64,000 nucleotides of DNA from Granulosicoccaceae bacterium (GCA_033852095.1 JAWSVD010000110.1:6729-70728); one strand, 5' to 3'; shown: positions 49,920-60,330, numbered from the stretch's first letter. The notes: generated by a model not told the origin, from the sequence alone. Numbers and translations are program-made.

Positions 49920-51689
49920 TCAGTGTGTTGCAGCACCTGCACCCTGAGGTACGCGGATGCTCTCGATCAGCTCTTGAATCTCCTGCGGAGGCGGAGCCGT
50001 CACACGAGACACGGCAAAGGCAACCGTAAAGTTCACGATCGCACCCACAGTACCGAAGGCGTTGGGCGTGATGCCCCCCAACCAGTTGGGCTCCATATCA
50101 CCGAGGAACGACGTGCCGGGGATGAACATGATGCCCTTGTGCTGGAAGATGTACAGCAGCGTCACGCTGATGCCCGACACCATGCCAGCAATCGCTCCAG
50201 CGCGGTTAATGCGCTTGGAGAAGATGCCCATCATGATCGCAGGGAACAGCGACGAGGCCGCCAGACCAAAGGCGAGCGCCACCGTGCCCGCGGCAAAACC
50301 CGGCGGATGCAGACCCAGGTAACCCGCCACCGCGATCGCAACTCCCATCGAGATTCGACCCACCATCAGCTCGGCTGAATCCGAGATATTGGGTGCAATC
50401 ATGCCCTTCACCAAATCGTGCGACACAGCAGACGAGATGGCCAGCAACAGACCTGCAGCTGTGGACAACGCGGCCGCAAGACCACCGGCAGCCACCAGGG
50501 CGATAACCCAATTCGGCAACTTGGCGATTTCAGGGTTGGCCAAGACAATGATGTCGCGGTCAACGGTCAGCTCGCTGCCGTTCCAGCCGTAGCTTTCAGC
50601 GGTTGCGGTGAACTCAGGGTTCTTGTCGTTGTAGTACTGGATTCGACCGTCACCGTTCTTGTCCTCGAAGCTCAACAGACCTGTCTTCTCCCAGTTCTTG
50701 AACCACTGAGGCCGCGCTTCGTATGACAAGCTGCCCTCTGCAGAGCCGATCTGGCCTGGGTTCATGGTATCGACCAGGTTCAGACGCGCCATCGCCGCCA
50801 CAGCGGGTGCCGTGGTGTAGAGGATCGCGATGAAGACCAATGCCCAACCCGCGGACGAACGCGCATCTTTAACCGTGGGAACGGTGAAAAAACGCACGAT
50901 CACGTGTGGCAGACCGGCGGTGCCGATCATCAGCGACATGGTGTAAAAGAAAGTGTTCAGGCGGTTGCCTTCGGTGGAGGTATATTCGTTAAAACCGAGT
51001 TCACCAATCACCGTGTTCAGCTTATCCAGCAAGGGCGTGCCATCCGCAACTGTGCCCCCCAAGCCCAACTGAGGTGAGGCATTGCCGGTCAGTTCCAGCG
51101 AGATAAACACCGCGGGAACCGTGTAGGCAAAGATCAACACACAGTACTGCGCAATTTGGGTGTAGGTGATGCCTTTCATCCCGCCGACTACCGCGTAGAT
51201 GAAAACGATGGTCATGCCCACGTACAAGCCCGTGTCGTAATCCAGCTCCAAAAAGCGAGAAAAAGCAACGCCCACGCCCTTCATCTGGCCGATAACATAA
51301 GTCAGGGATGCGATGATCAAACAGACAACCGCCACGGCGCGCGCGGTCTTGGAGTAAAAGCGATCACCGATGAATTCCGGTACGGTGAACTTGCCGAATT
51401 TGCGCAGATAAGGTGCCAGACAGCAGGCCAACAGCACGTAACCGCCGGTCCAGCCCATCAGGAACACCGAGCCGCCATAACCCAAGAAGGCGATCAAACC
51501 CGCCATGGAGATAAAGGAAGCGGCGGACATCCAGTCAGCGGCGGTCGCCATGCCGTTTGCGATGGGGTGCACGTCACCACCCGCCACGTAGAAATCAGTG
51601 GTCGAGCTCGCGCGGGCCCGAATAGCGATGTAGATATACAGTAAGAAGGTGGTGCCAACCACCAGATACGTCAGTGTTTTCAGATCCAT
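49920..51689 (-). CDS. actP: cation/acetate symporter (SSS family)
   Basis: 589 aa, 'TDFYVAGGDVHPIANGMATAADWMSAASFISMAGL' characteristic of ActP. Confidence 0.85.
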   Translation of the reverse strand: MDLKTLTYLVVGTTFLLYIYIAIRARASSTTDFYVAGGDVHPIANGMATAADWMSAASFISMAGLIAFLGYGGSVFLMGWTGGYVLLACCLAPYLRKFGKFTVPEFIGDRFYSKTARAVAVVCLIIASLTYVIGQMKGVGVAFSRFLELDYDTGLYVGMTIVFIYAVVGGMKGITYTQIAQYCVLIFAYTVPAVFISLELTGNASPQLGLGGTVADGTPLLDKLNTVIGELGFNEYTSTEGNRLNTFFYTMSLMIGTAGLPHVIVRFFTVPTVKDARSSAGWALVFIAILYTTAPAVAAMARLNLVDTMNPGQIGSAEGSLSYEARPQWFKNWEKTGLLSFEDKNGDGRIQYYNDKNPEFTATAESYGWNGSELTVDRDIIVLANPEIAKLPNWVIALVAAGGLAAALSTAAGLLLAISSAVSHDLVKGMIAPNISDSAELMVGRISMGVAIAVAGYLGLHPPGFAAGTVALAFGLAASSLFPAIMMGIFSKRINRAGAIAGMVSGISVTLLYIFQHKGIMFIPGTSFLGDMEPNWLGGITPNAFGTVGAIVNFTVAFAVSRVTAPPPQEIQELIESIRVPQGAGAATH

Positions 51690-51710
51690 GATTCAAAGAT
51701 TCTCCGCCAG

Positions 51711-51962
51711 TTATTCTTCAACGCCGTATTCACGGTCGATCGCTTCCATACGCCAGGCGTAGAAAAAAATCAGTACCACAAATGCGTAGATTGACCCCTG
51801 TTGTGCAAACCAAAAGCCGAGCGGATAACCCAGAAAAGAGAATTGATTGAGCTGATCAACAAACAAAATGCCGCAACCAAACGACACGATAAACCAAACG
51901 ATAAATATTTTGACTAAGAGGCTTATATTCGCCTTCCAATAGCCGTCCTTGGTGCCTTGCAT
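51711..51962 (-). CDS. DUF4212-type putative solute:sodium symporter small subunit
   Basis: 83 aa, 'YWKANISLLVKIFIVWFIVSFGCGILF' motif, immediately upstream of actP. Confidence 0.65.
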   Translation of the reverse strand: MQGTKDGYWKANISLLVKIFIVWFIVSFGCGILFVDQLNQFSFLGYPLGFWFAQQGSIYAFVVLIFFYAWRMEAIDREYGVEE

Positions 51963-52376
51963 ACACTGTCTCCTTAGGGGGGACGCTGAAGGGAGGCAAA
52001 GATTAACAAGCGAGCCGCAAGCAATAGCACCTATTTTTCATCTTTATTTATCGTTAAATATCAAATAGATAAGATAAATGCATGAACGCACAGTCCGGAC
52101 ACTGCTACTTTTGGTAACGCGCACCTGTTTCGAAAAGTAGTATCTTGCAGGCTCCGCTGACGCACAATGCATCAGCGCCTTGAACAATAATTCAAGCGTG
52201 GCTCCTCGATTTGCACGGCTTTGCCAACGCGTCTGTGCGGGCGCAATTTGCGCCACAATCGACTCACCAAGTACACCCAAGCGCATCTCTCGGCGCCGCC
52301 TGTCGATCGATTTGACAGTGGCGTGATGCATTACTCAGACTGTGAGCCTCTGCTCCTTTATGCACCGTGAATTTTC

Positions 52377-53369
52377 ATGAGTACTAAGCCCAACAGACAC
52401 CGACAACTGCGCGCCTTTTGTTACGCCGCCCAGACCGGAAGTATCTCCAAAGCAGCCACCAAATTAGACCTCAGCCAGCCGTCCATTTCCCTGCAGATCC
52501 AAGCGCTGGAACGCGAGCTCGGCGTACAGGTTTTTGAGCGCCGTGGCCCGCGCATTCAATTGACCCCGGCCGGCGAGGTGCTGCTCGATCTAGCCCAACC
52601 CCTGGTGGACGGCATCGAACACCTGAGCACAGCCTTTCATGCGCGCCTCGGGGACGCCGACAACGGCTACCTGGACATAGCGGCGGGCGAGTCGACGCTG
52701 CTGTACATCCTGCCGGAAGTGACCAAGCGGTTCAGCGATAACTACCCCCACGTCACGGTGCGATTGCACAATGTCACCGGCCAAGACGGCATGGAGAAAT
52801 TGCGCGCCGACGAGGTGGAGTTCGCGGTCGGCTCCATGCTCGATGTGCCAGAAGACATGGTCTACTACCCGATTTTTGACTACACCCCGACCTTGATCAC
52901 CCACCCCGATCACCCGCTCAGCAAACTCGATGAAATCGGCCTCGCGGACATCGGCCAGTACGGTTTGATCCTGCCACCACGGCATTTGGCCAGTTGGGGC
53001 GTGGTCGATCTGGTCTTTCAGCAACACGATGTGCCCTACCGCGTGCACATGGAGGCCGGCGGCTGGGAGGTGATCAAGCGCTACGTGGGCATGAACCTGG
53101 GCATCAGCGTGGTGACCAGCATCTGCCTGCGGCCCGAAGACCCGCTCTTCACCTACCCACTGGGCAATTACTTTCCGTTGCGCAGCTACGGCGTGGTGAT
53201 CCGCCGCGGCAAGTTCCTCAGCCCGCAGGCCAAGTGCTTTCTGGAGACTTTGAGGCCCGACTTCGAGCAGCTCAAATCCATCGAATCGAGCACCGCCGCG
53301 CAGACCAGCCGCATTCTGAGCAGCCGCCGACGCGCGCCCACGGCGCAAAGCCTCGAGGACGACAACTGA
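52377..53369 (+). CDS. LysR family transcriptional regulator
   Basis: 'QLRAFCYAAQTGSISKAATKLDLSQPSISLQIQALERELG' HTH; LysR substrate-binding domain. Confidence 0.8.
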   Translation: MSTKPNRHRQLRAFCYAAQTGSISKAATKLDLSQPSISLQIQALERELGVQVFERRGPRIQLTPAGEVLLDLAQPLVDGIEHLSTAFHARLGDADNGYLDIAAGESTLLYILPEVTKRFSDNYPHVTVRLHNVTGQDGMEKLRADEVEFAVGSMLDVPEDMVYYPIFDYTPTLITHPDHPLSKLDEIGLADIGQYGLILPPRHLASWGVVDLVFQQHDVPYRVHMEAGGWEVIKRYVGMNLGISVVTSICLRPEDPLFTYPLGNYFPLRSYGVVIRRGKFLSPQAKCFLETLRPDFEQLKSIESSTAAQTSRILSSRRRAPTAQSLEDDN

Positions 53370-53821
53370 TGAGCGAAGCTGTTTGGACACCGCGCATGAC
53401 AGTTTCAGCGGTGATACACCGCGACGGGCGGTTCTTGGTGGTGGAGGAATACGACAGCGCGGGTGAGCGGGTGATCAATCAGCCCGCCGGCCACCTCGAA
53501 GAGCACGAGAGCCTGATCAGCGCCGTGCAGCGAGAGGTCATGGAGGAGACGGGTTATGCCTTCGAGGCCACGGCGTTTACCGGGCTCTACCGCTGGCAAG
53601 CCGTGGATGCCGGTTTGACCTTTATGCGGCTCAATTTTATCGGTGAAGTGGCGCAGATTCCCAGCACAGCGCAATTGGACAAGGATATAATTGCGGCGCA
53701 CTGGCTGAGCCTTGATGAAATCAGCGCCAGAAAGCAACGCAGCCCACTGGTGCTGCGCTGCATTGAAGACTACCTCAATCGCCCCCACTATCCTCTCAGC
53801 GCACTCATCGACGCAGAATAA
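53369..53821 (+). CDS. NUDIX hydrolase (NudJ-like)
   Basis: 'QPAGHLEEHESLISAVQREVMEETG' Nudix box GX5EX7REUXEEXGU; start overlaps LysR stop (TGATG). Confidence 0.7.
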   Translation: MSEAVWTPRMTVSAVIHRDGRFLVVEEYDSAGERVINQPAGHLEEHESLISAVQREVMEETGYAFEATAFTGLYRWQAVDAGLTFMRLNFIGEVAQIPSTAQLDKDIIAAHWLSLDEISARKQRSPLVLRCIEDYLNRPHYPLSALIDAE

Positions 53822-53836
53822 GAGCCAGATTTTTCC

Positions 53837-54940
53837 ATGAGCATGAACAAAAGCAATATCGTCATCGGCATGTCCGGCGGCGTGGACTCCTCGGTCGCGG
53901 CCCATTTATTGGTGCAGCAAGGGCACGACGTGGTCGCTGTGTTTATGCAGAACTGGGAAGACGAGGAAGGCGACTGCACCGCGCGCCAGGACTACCGCGA
54001 CGCGGCTGCGGTGTGCGCGCAGCTCGGCATTGAATTGCACGCGGTCAATTTTGCCGCCGAGTATTGGGACCGAGTGTTCAGCCACTTTCTCAGCGAATAC
54101 CAGGCCGGCCGCACTCCTAACCCGGATATTCTGTGCAACCGGGAGATCAAATTCAAAGCCTTCGTGGACTACGCGCGCGAGCTCGGCGCGGACACCATCG
54201 CCACCGGGCACTACGCGCGACACGGCCTGATCGACGGCCAACCCGCCCTGCTGCGCGGTGTGGACCAGAGCAAAGACCAGAGCTATTTCCTGCACGCGCT
54301 CAGCCCCGAACAGCTGGCGCCCAGCATTTTCCCGCTCGGCGACATGGAGAAGACCCGGGTGCGCGAAATCGCGCGTGAGGCGAACTTGCACGTGGCCAGC
54401 AAAAAAGACAGCACCGGCATCTGTTTTATCGGCGAGCGCCATTTCAACGAATTTCTGGGCACCTATTTGCCGGCGCAATCGGGCGAGATCGTCGGCCCCT
54501 CGGGCGAAGTACTGGGCAAGCACAGCGGGCTCATGTATTACACCCTGGGACAGCGGCGTGGGCTCGGGGTCGGCGGCTCGCAGCAGCACGGCGAAGACGC
54601 CTGGTTTGTCTCGCGCAAGTCGCTGGCCGACAACCGACTGCACGTGGTGCAGGGCCACGACCACCCGGATCTATTCAAACAGCGCTTCCTGGTGGACAAC
54701 ATCAGCTGGTGCCGGACCAACCCCGGCACCGGCTCGCTGCGCTGCTCGGCGAAAATACGCTACCGCCAGCAGGACATGGCTTGCACACTGGAGCTGAGCG
54801 AAGATGGACAGCGAGCGATGGTGATATTTGACCAGCCCATACGTGCCGTGACCCCTGGTCAAAGCGCGGTTTTTTACGACGCTGAGGAATGCCTCGGCGG
54901 CGGTGTCATTTGTGACTTTGAACCCACGGCGGATAACTAA
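53837..54940 (+). CDS. mnmA: tRNA 2-thiouridine(34) synthase
   Basis: '[15 protein letters not shown]' PP-loop SGGxDS, 'FMQNWEDE', conserved Cys residues, 367 aa. Confidence 0.9.
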   Translation: MSMNKSNIVIGMSGGVDSSVAAHLLVQQGHDVVAVFMQNWEDEEGDCTARQDYRDAAAVCAQLGIELHAVNFAAEYWDRVFSHFLSEYQAGRTPNPDILCNREIKFKAFVDYARELGADTIATGHYARHGLIDGQPALLRGVDQSKDQSYFLHALSPEQLAPSIFPLGDMEKTRVREIAREANLHVASKKDSTGICFIGERHFNEFLGTYLPAQSGEIVGPSGEVLGKHSGLMYYTLGQRRGLGVGGSQQHGEDAWFVSRKSLADNRLHVVQGHDHPDLFKQRFLVDNISWCRTNPGTGSLRCSAKIRYRQQDMACTLELSEDGQRAMVIFDQPIRAVTPGQSAVFYDAEECLGGGVICDFEPTADN

Positions 54941-54967
54941 TTGAACAAGACCACAGAAAACCAAGTC

Positions 54968-55579
54968 ATGGCACTGGCCGCCGTCATCGAAGCGGCGTCC
55001 CTGGTGGACGAACTCGCCAACAAGGGGCGCTGTGATGAAACGCGGATGAAGACCGCGATCAACAGCATCTTCAGCCTCGATTCGGACAGCCTGGAGGCCA
55101 ACTACGGCGGGCGCCGCGCACTGCAGCCAGGCATTCAAACGCTGCTCGATCAGTTCTCCGCCAGCGCCCTGCCCAACGTCGACGTGGCGCGCTACCAGAT
55201 GGCCTTGGTGCAGCTGCAGCGCCGTTTGATGCGCGACGAGGCGACACTGAACAAACTGCAGGCGGGGATTCGCAGCATCCAGACGCTCAAAGACATGCAG
55301 GGAGAGCTCGATCAAGTGGTGATCGGCCGAGTCGCCAGCCTCTACCAAGAGACCATCAGCCAGCTGAGCCCGCGCATCATCGTCAAGGGCAAACCTAACT
55401 TTTTACAAGCCAGTGATTGCTCTGAACGCATCAGAGCCCTGCTGCTGGCGGGCATCCGTGGCGCGGTGCTGTGGGAACAATCGGGCGGCTCGCGCTGGTC
55501 CCTGCTGTTCGGTCGCAGAGCCTACGTCGAATCGGGGCAAGTACTGCTCAAAGGCATGCAGAACGGGCACGGCAGCTAG
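54968..55579 (+). CDS. hflD: high-frequency-lysogenization protein HflD homologue
   Basis: 'ALAAVIEAASLVDELANKGRCDE' matches HflD N-terminus pattern (LALAGICQSARLVQQLAHxGxCD); track ORF starts at TTG 54941. Confidence 0.75.
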   Translation: MALAAVIEAASLVDELANKGRCDETRMKTAINSIFSLDSDSLEANYGGRRALQPGIQTLLDQFSASALPNVDVARYQMALVQLQRRLMRDEATLNKLQAGIRSIQTLKDMQGELDQVVIGRVASLYQETISQLSPRIIVKGKPNFLQASDCSERIRALLLAGIRGAVLWEQSGGSRWSLLFGRRAYVESGQVLLKGMQNGHGS

Positions 55580-55650
55580 GACGCTTGCCATGCTGATCTG
55601 AGCGGCGTATATCTGGGCGCCGATGGCTTTAGGTAGGGCTTAAGGTCTAG

Positions 55651-55678
55651 ATAAAATAAGCATGCAACCCGCGTTGCA
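55651..55678 (-). terminator. probable intrinsic terminator for the minus-strand OmpA-like/HhH operon
   Basis: TGCAAC-ccgc-GTTGCA hairpin; on minus strand followed by TGCTTATTTTAT. Confidence 0.5.
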
Positions 55679-55687
55679 CGCCGCCAA

Positions 55688-56389
55688 TCAGCCGTCCAAG
55701 TCCAACTGCGACAAGGGGCTAGCGTAGCTGACCCAGCCAGCGATCATGACCCGGTCCACCACCGTGTCCACCAGCTGCAGCTCGGCATTGGCTGTCTCCA
55801 GTTGCGCGTGCAGGTCTTCAATCTCGCGATCGTGCAGTGCATCGACACTCATGATGCCCACCGTGACCAGCAGACGCGCGTGTTTGCCGTCCATGCCAGG
55901 CACCCGCAACAGGTCAGCCATAGTACGCCACTCTCGCACTTGATCCGGCTCTTGTTCGAGCGCGGTAGAGAGCAGGCGAAGCTTGGAGTCTCCTTCACTC
56001 TCACGCAATAAATCATAGGTGGTGCGGATACCGACGTCGCGCATCATGTGCAGCGCCTTGTCGTTCACGCCCGGCAGATCGGCCACGCGGTATTCCCCGC
56101 GCATCTGTCGACTATCGGACGATGGCTGCGCAGGGGATGACAACAGAGAGGTGCGCACTGCCGCAGTGTCGTCCACAGCCGTTCCGCCGGATGCTTGAAC
56201 CCGTTTCAAACGCGTCTGCAGCTCATTGCGCTCGGCTTCTATGCGCCCCAGTTGCAGTGATAACTCACGCTCCCGACCTTCGTCGCCGCCGTCGATCATC
56301 TGCCGAAAACCCCAGCCGACCACGAAGCCAATGGCACAAGCCACCGCCAACAGGACGACGATCTCACCCATGAGATAGGTCATGCCCAT
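55688..56389 (-). CDS. membrane-anchored coiled-coil protein with C-terminal tandem helix-hairpin-helix motifs (DUF4332-like)
   Basis: N-terminal TM, 'RERELSLQLGRIEAERNELQTRLKR' coiled coil, 'DLPGVNDKALHMMRDVGI' and 'LLRVPGMDGKHARLL' HhH-like motifs. Confidence 0.55.
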   Translation of the reverse strand: MGMTYLMGEIVVLLAVACAIGFVVGWGFRQMIDGGDEGRERELSLQLGRIEAERNELQTRLKRVQASGGTAVDDTAAVRTSLLSSPAQPSSDSRQMRGEYRVADLPGVNDKALHMMRDVGIRTTYDLLRESEGDSKLRLLSTALEQEPDQVREWRTMADLLRVPGMDGKHARLLVTVGIMSVDALHDREIEDLHAQLETANAELQLVDTVVDRVMIAGWVSYASPLSQLDLDG

Positions 56390-56395
56390 ACCCAA

Positions 56396-57493
56396 CTACT
56401 CCCCAATAACTCTAAATTCAATACGGCGATTCACCGCCCGACCGCGAGCGGTCTTGTTCGTGGCGATGGGCCGCAGCGGGCCGTAGCCCCGCGCATCCAA
56501 GCGCGCCATATTCATCCCCTTCTCAACAAGGTATTCACGGACTGTTTCAGCGCGCTCACGACTGAGGCGCTTGTTGAGCTCCGGATCCCCTCTCGCGTCG
56601 GTATAACCCCCGATCTGAACCTTCGCTTGCGGGCAGCGAGCCAAGATAACCATGACGCCATCGATCACAGCGAATGCGCTGTCCTGTAGGCTGGTCTTTG
56701 ACTTGCGGAACTGCACGCGCTTGTCGCTCATGAATTCCGCGACGCGCACATCACAATCTGCAGGTGACATGCGCAGTGCAATTTGACGCACCTCCGCTGC
56801 CTGCGTTTCAAACGCCGTGCCCCAACTCACTTCGGGCGGTGTCAGCGCGAGCAACAGCTTTTTAATCAGCGCTTGATCTTCATCTTCGGCAACAACGCCT
56901 TCAACGAACAACTTGTTGCTTTTAATTTCCGCAGAGCCACTGACCATCTTCCCAAGCGCTTTAGCGGCAGCCTTGACGGTATCTGCCCAATAAACTGGAA
57001 TATTCTCAGTGCCTTGGGCGTCCATTGAGACATTTCGCTCGCCATAATCCGCAGCGATTCGCGCAACAATGGCACTGCTGGCACGTTCACCTGAAGGTCG
57101 ATCACCCTCGATTGAAAGTTGCCCATCCAATAAAGTCAGACGGGTTTTCCACGGGATAAGCGCACCGGGCTGTGCGCTATTCTGCTCGCTATTGTCATCG
57201 CCGTTGCCTTGCTGTGAAAACGTCCGGTCGTCGTCAAGCCATTGCACCCCAACAACACCAAATATCTCCGCAGCGATGGCGGTCGCTTTATCACGTGCCG
57301 CGGCATCCCCGCGCAACAATAATTCTCTGCCGTCTGCCCGCACGCGCACTTGGCCCACACCTGCCGCCTTGAGCAATTGCCGGCTTCTGTTTTCAATGTC
57401 GCGTTCTATCAGTGGCGCACGCAAAAACACAGCGTACAAAACCACGCAGCTCAAGGCGATCAGACCCGCTAAGGCCAGGATAATTCTTCCCAT
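56396..57493 (-). CDS. OmpA/MotB-family protein with N-terminal TM anchor and BON-like periplasmic region
   Basis: C-terminal 'IGGYTDARGDPELNKRLSRERAETVREYL...NRRIEFRVI' OmpA_C; N-terminal single TM. Confidence 0.8.
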   Translation of the reverse strand: MGRIILALAGLIALSCVVLYAVFLRAPLIERDIENRSRQLLKAAGVGQVRVRADGRELLLRGDAAARDKATAIAAEIFGVVGVQWLDDDRTFSQQGNGDDNSEQNSAQPGALIPWKTRLTLLDGQLSIEGDRPSGERASSAIVARIAADYGERNVSMDAQGTENIPVYWADTVKAAAKALGKMVSGSAEIKSNKLFVEGVVAEDEDQALIKKLLLALTPPEVSWGTAFETQAAEVRQIALRMSPADCDVRVAEFMSDKRVQFRKSKTSLQDSAFAVIDGVMVILARCPQAKVQIGGYTDARGDPELNKRLSRERAETVREYLVEKGMNMARLDARGYGPLRPIATNKTARGRAVNRRIEFRVIGE

Positions 57494-57733
57494 AAAATTG
57501 CTTTCACACTCTGTCTATAAAACGGCCTGCTTTCGGTGCCTAATAGTACCTCAGCGAGCCGGATCAACTCGAAGCAAATACGCGACGCCGAAATATTCCA
57601 AGCACGGGGCCTCGAATGCAGCATCTCAGCTGGATTACTTTTGAGAAAAGATCAACAACACGGTGTAAGCACCGCAATATCGAGGCCCAATCAGGCAGAG
57701 GATTTATTAAGAATGGTTAAACATCCGATATTC

Positions 57734-57759
57734 ACCCTGTATATCGAGCCATACAGGGT
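57734..57759. repeat. perfect 9-bp inverted repeat ACCCTGTAT-N8-ATACAGGGT in intergenic region
   Basis: Read directly; followed on the + strand by ATTTTC. Confidence 0.5.
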
Positions 57760-57845
57760 ATTTTCGGGTCAGTTCTGGGGGTGAACGGACAAATATTACG
57801 CAACAGAACCCCTTTCGAGGCTCCCCCACCACGCCGCCGACGGAT

Positions 57846-58403
57846 TCAGAAGGCGCAAAAATATCCACGGGATTCGATACCCCAGCGCTCGGCCCGCTGT
57901 TCGAGTACATCCGTGAGGCGGTAGTAGGCAGCGCGGCTGAGCACACCCGCGAGGCCAGGTCGCACCATGATGTAGGGCTGCGGTACATCGGGCTCGAGCC
58001 ACAAGGGATTGTCCGTGTCCATGATCAACTGCTCGCCCAGACTTGTCTCAAGGGCAAGCACTTGCTGGCCTGTGTCACTGTGCTGCAGCGACCAATCCAC
58101 GATGAGAAAGGGCACGTCCTGAACACGAATAAAAACGCGCTCGGCGGGTGTCACAAGCGCATAGCGCCCGTCCGTCTCCCGCCGCAGCACAGAGGCCAAG
58201 AGCTTGACCAAAGCCACACGCGTTATTTCACCGCCCTCGTGTATCCACCGACCATCGCGCATGATCTCCAGGTCCATCTCCGCGTCACGGCTGGGCTGCC
58301 AGCTGTGCACTGGTGGCAGGCCACCGCTGAAGCCCTCGATCTCGGCGCTGATGTCAGCCAACGACACGGGCTTAGGCACTGAGCAGCTCGACGCGATTTG
58401 CAA
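57846..58403 (-). CDS. DUF1285 domain-containing protein
   Basis: 185 aa; 'WQPSRDAEMDLEIMRDGRWIHEGGEI' pattern as I recall for DUF1285; overlaps start of upstream acetoacetyl-CoA synthetase by ~30 nt. Confidence 0.55.
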   Translation of the reverse strand: MQIASSCSVPKPVSLADISAEIEGFSGGLPPVHSWQPSRDAEMDLEIMRDGRWIHEGGEITRVALVKLLASVLRRETDGRYALVTPAERVFIRVQDVPFLIVDWSLQHSDTGQQVLALETSLGEQLIMDTDNPLWLEPDVPQPYIMVRPGLAGVLSRAAYYRLTDVLEQRAERWGIESRGYFCAF

Positions 58404-60330
58404 ATTCGCCCAAGGCCTCGGGGTTCGCGATCGCGTCGGTATTGCCTATGGCGACCCCGTGCACCACGTCACGGACCAGCCGCTCGACAATTTTTCCGCT
58501 GGTCGTAAGGGGAATCTCGCTCACTTGCACGATCTTCGCGGGGACATGCTGGGAGGTTGTCTTGGCACGGATATGCTGCTTGATGCGCGCAGACAGTGCC
58601 TCGTCCAGTTTCAGCTCTTCCGCGAGCTTCACGAACAAGACAATGCGGGAGTCATTTTCCCAGTCCTGGCCGATCACGATCGATTCCTCTATGCCCTCGA
58701 AATGCGCGAGCTGGCGGTAAATCTCAGCGGTGCCGATGCGCACCCCGCCGGGGTTCAGGGTCGAGTCTGAGCGCCCAAAATACCTCAGACCCTTGTTCGC
58801 GGTGAGTTCGACGAAATCCCCCTGCGCCCACACACCCTCGAATTGGCTGAAGTAGGTGTCGTGGTATTTGCCATTGCCGTCGTCGTTCCAAAAACCCAAT
58901 GGCATGCTGGGGAAAGGCTTGCTGCACACCAATTCCCCCTTGCCCTGTTCCAGCTCCAGCCCTAAATCACTCCACACTTCCACCGCCATACCCAGGCCGC
59001 GGCACTGTATCTCGCCGCGGTGCACCGGCAAGGCGGGGTTCGTCAAGGCAAAATTGGACAAGATGTCCGTGCCGCCGGCGATGGACCCGAGGCAGACGTC
59101 GTCCTTGATGTGGGTGTAGACGTAGTCGTAACTCTCCGCCGACAGCGCCGAGCCGGTCGACAAGACCATCCGCACGCTGGACAAATCGCTGTCGCGCGCG
59201 GGCTTGATGCCCTGTCGCTGCGCGATATCGATCAGCTTGGCCGAGATTCCCAGCACATTGACGCCCGTGTCCGCGGCGAGGTCAAACAGGGCATTGCCGT
59301 CCGGGTAGAAGGGCGAGCCGTCGTAGAGCACCAGGGTGGCCTCGACCGCTAGCGCCGACACCAACCAGTTCCACATCATCCAGCCACAGGTGGTGCTGTA
59401 GAAAATGCGCTCGTCGCGCTTGAGCCCGATGTGCAAAACATGCTCTTTGAGGTGCTGCAGCAGCACCCCGCCGGCACCGTGCACGATGCATTTAGGCACA
59501 CCCGTTGTGCCCGAGCTGTACATCACGTAGAGCGGGCTGTTAAAGGGCATCATGGTGTATTGCACAGGCTTCGCACTGTACTGCGCGACGGCGTGCGGGT
59601 AGAGCACGGCGTGCATCAGTGAGTGCGGGATCTGCGGCTCGTCCTGCAGATAGGTGCAGATAAACACCTGCTCAACGGATGGCAACTGCTCGATGATTTG
59701 CGCGGATTTTTCCAAGGAGTCAAAACTCTTGCCGTTGTAAAAATAACCGTCGGCGATGAACAAGACCTTGGGCGCCGTCTGGCTGAAGCGGTCCACCGTG
59801 CCCTCCACACCGAACTCCGGTGCGCAGGAAGTCCACACCGCGCCCAAACTGGCGGTTGCCAACATCGCAACCACCGCCTCCGGCATATTGGGGATGTAGG
59901 CCGCGACCCTGTCGCCGGCCACCACGCCCGCGTCTCGCAACAACTGCTGCGTCTGCGACACAAGCTGCTGCAATTCACACCAGGTGATTTCAGCCTCGAC
60001 TTCATCTTCGCCGCGAAAAATAAGGGCGAGATCATTGTCGTTACGGCGCAGCAGGTTTTGCGCAAAATTGAGCCGTGCGTCGGGAAACCACGCAGCACCA
60101 GGCATCTGATCGGCGCCCATCAGCACCCGCTCACCCCGGGTCTCCGCCAACACGCCGCAGAAATCCCACACCAGGGACCAGAAGGACTCCAGATCCTGCA
60201 GCGACCATTGATAGAGCGCCTCGTAATCAGCCAGATCCCTGCCGGCCAGCTCAGAGGCCTTTAACCTAAATCGGGTGATTGCCAGTGCACTGACATCTTC
60301 ATCACTCGGCGTCCAAATAGCTGCCATCAA
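58372..60330 (-). CDS. acetoacetate--CoA ligase (acetoacetyl-CoA synthetase)
   Basis: 652 aa; N-terminal 'DYEALYQWSLQDLESFWSLVW', AMP-binding motifs 'YSSGTTGVPK', 'GWMMWNW' typical of AacS-type ligases. Confidence 0.85.
   Translation of the reverse strand: MMAAIWTPSDEDVSALAITRFRLKASELAGRDLADYEALYQWSLQDLESFWSLVWDFCGVLAETRGERVLMGADQMPGAAWFPDARLNFAQNLLRRNDNDLALIFRGEDEVEAEITWCELQQLVSQTQQLLRDAGVVAGDRVAAYIPNMPEAVVAMLATASLGAVWTSCAPEFGVEGTVDRFSQTAPKVLFIADGYFYNGKSFDSLEKSAQIIEQLPSVEQVFICTYLQDEPQIPHSLMHAVLYPHAVAQYSAKPVQYTMMPFNSPLYVMYSSGTTGVPKCIVHGAGGVLLQHLKEHVLHIGLKRDERIFYSTTCGWMMWNWLVSALAVEATLVLYDGSPFYPDGNALFDLAADTGVNVLGISAKLIDIAQRQGIKPARDSDLSSVRMVLSTGSALSAESYDYVYTHIKDDVCLGSIAGGTDILSNFALTNPALPVHRGEIQCRGLGMAVEVWSDLGLELEQGKGELVCSKPFPSMPLGFWNDDGNGKYHDTYFSQFEGVWAQGDFVELTANKGLRYFGRSDSTLNPGGVRIGTAEIYRQLAHFEGIEESIVIGQDWENDSRIVLFVKLAEELKLDEALSARIKQHIRAKTTSQHVPAKIVQVSEIPLTTSGKIVERLVRDVVHGVAIGNTDAIANPEALGEFANRVELLSA

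Noticed and set aside
57738-57757. LexA/SOS box (CTGT...ACAG) within the inverted repeat
   Set aside because: The half-site spacing is N12, not the N8 of gammaproteobacterial LexA boxes. Retained only as a generic palindrome.
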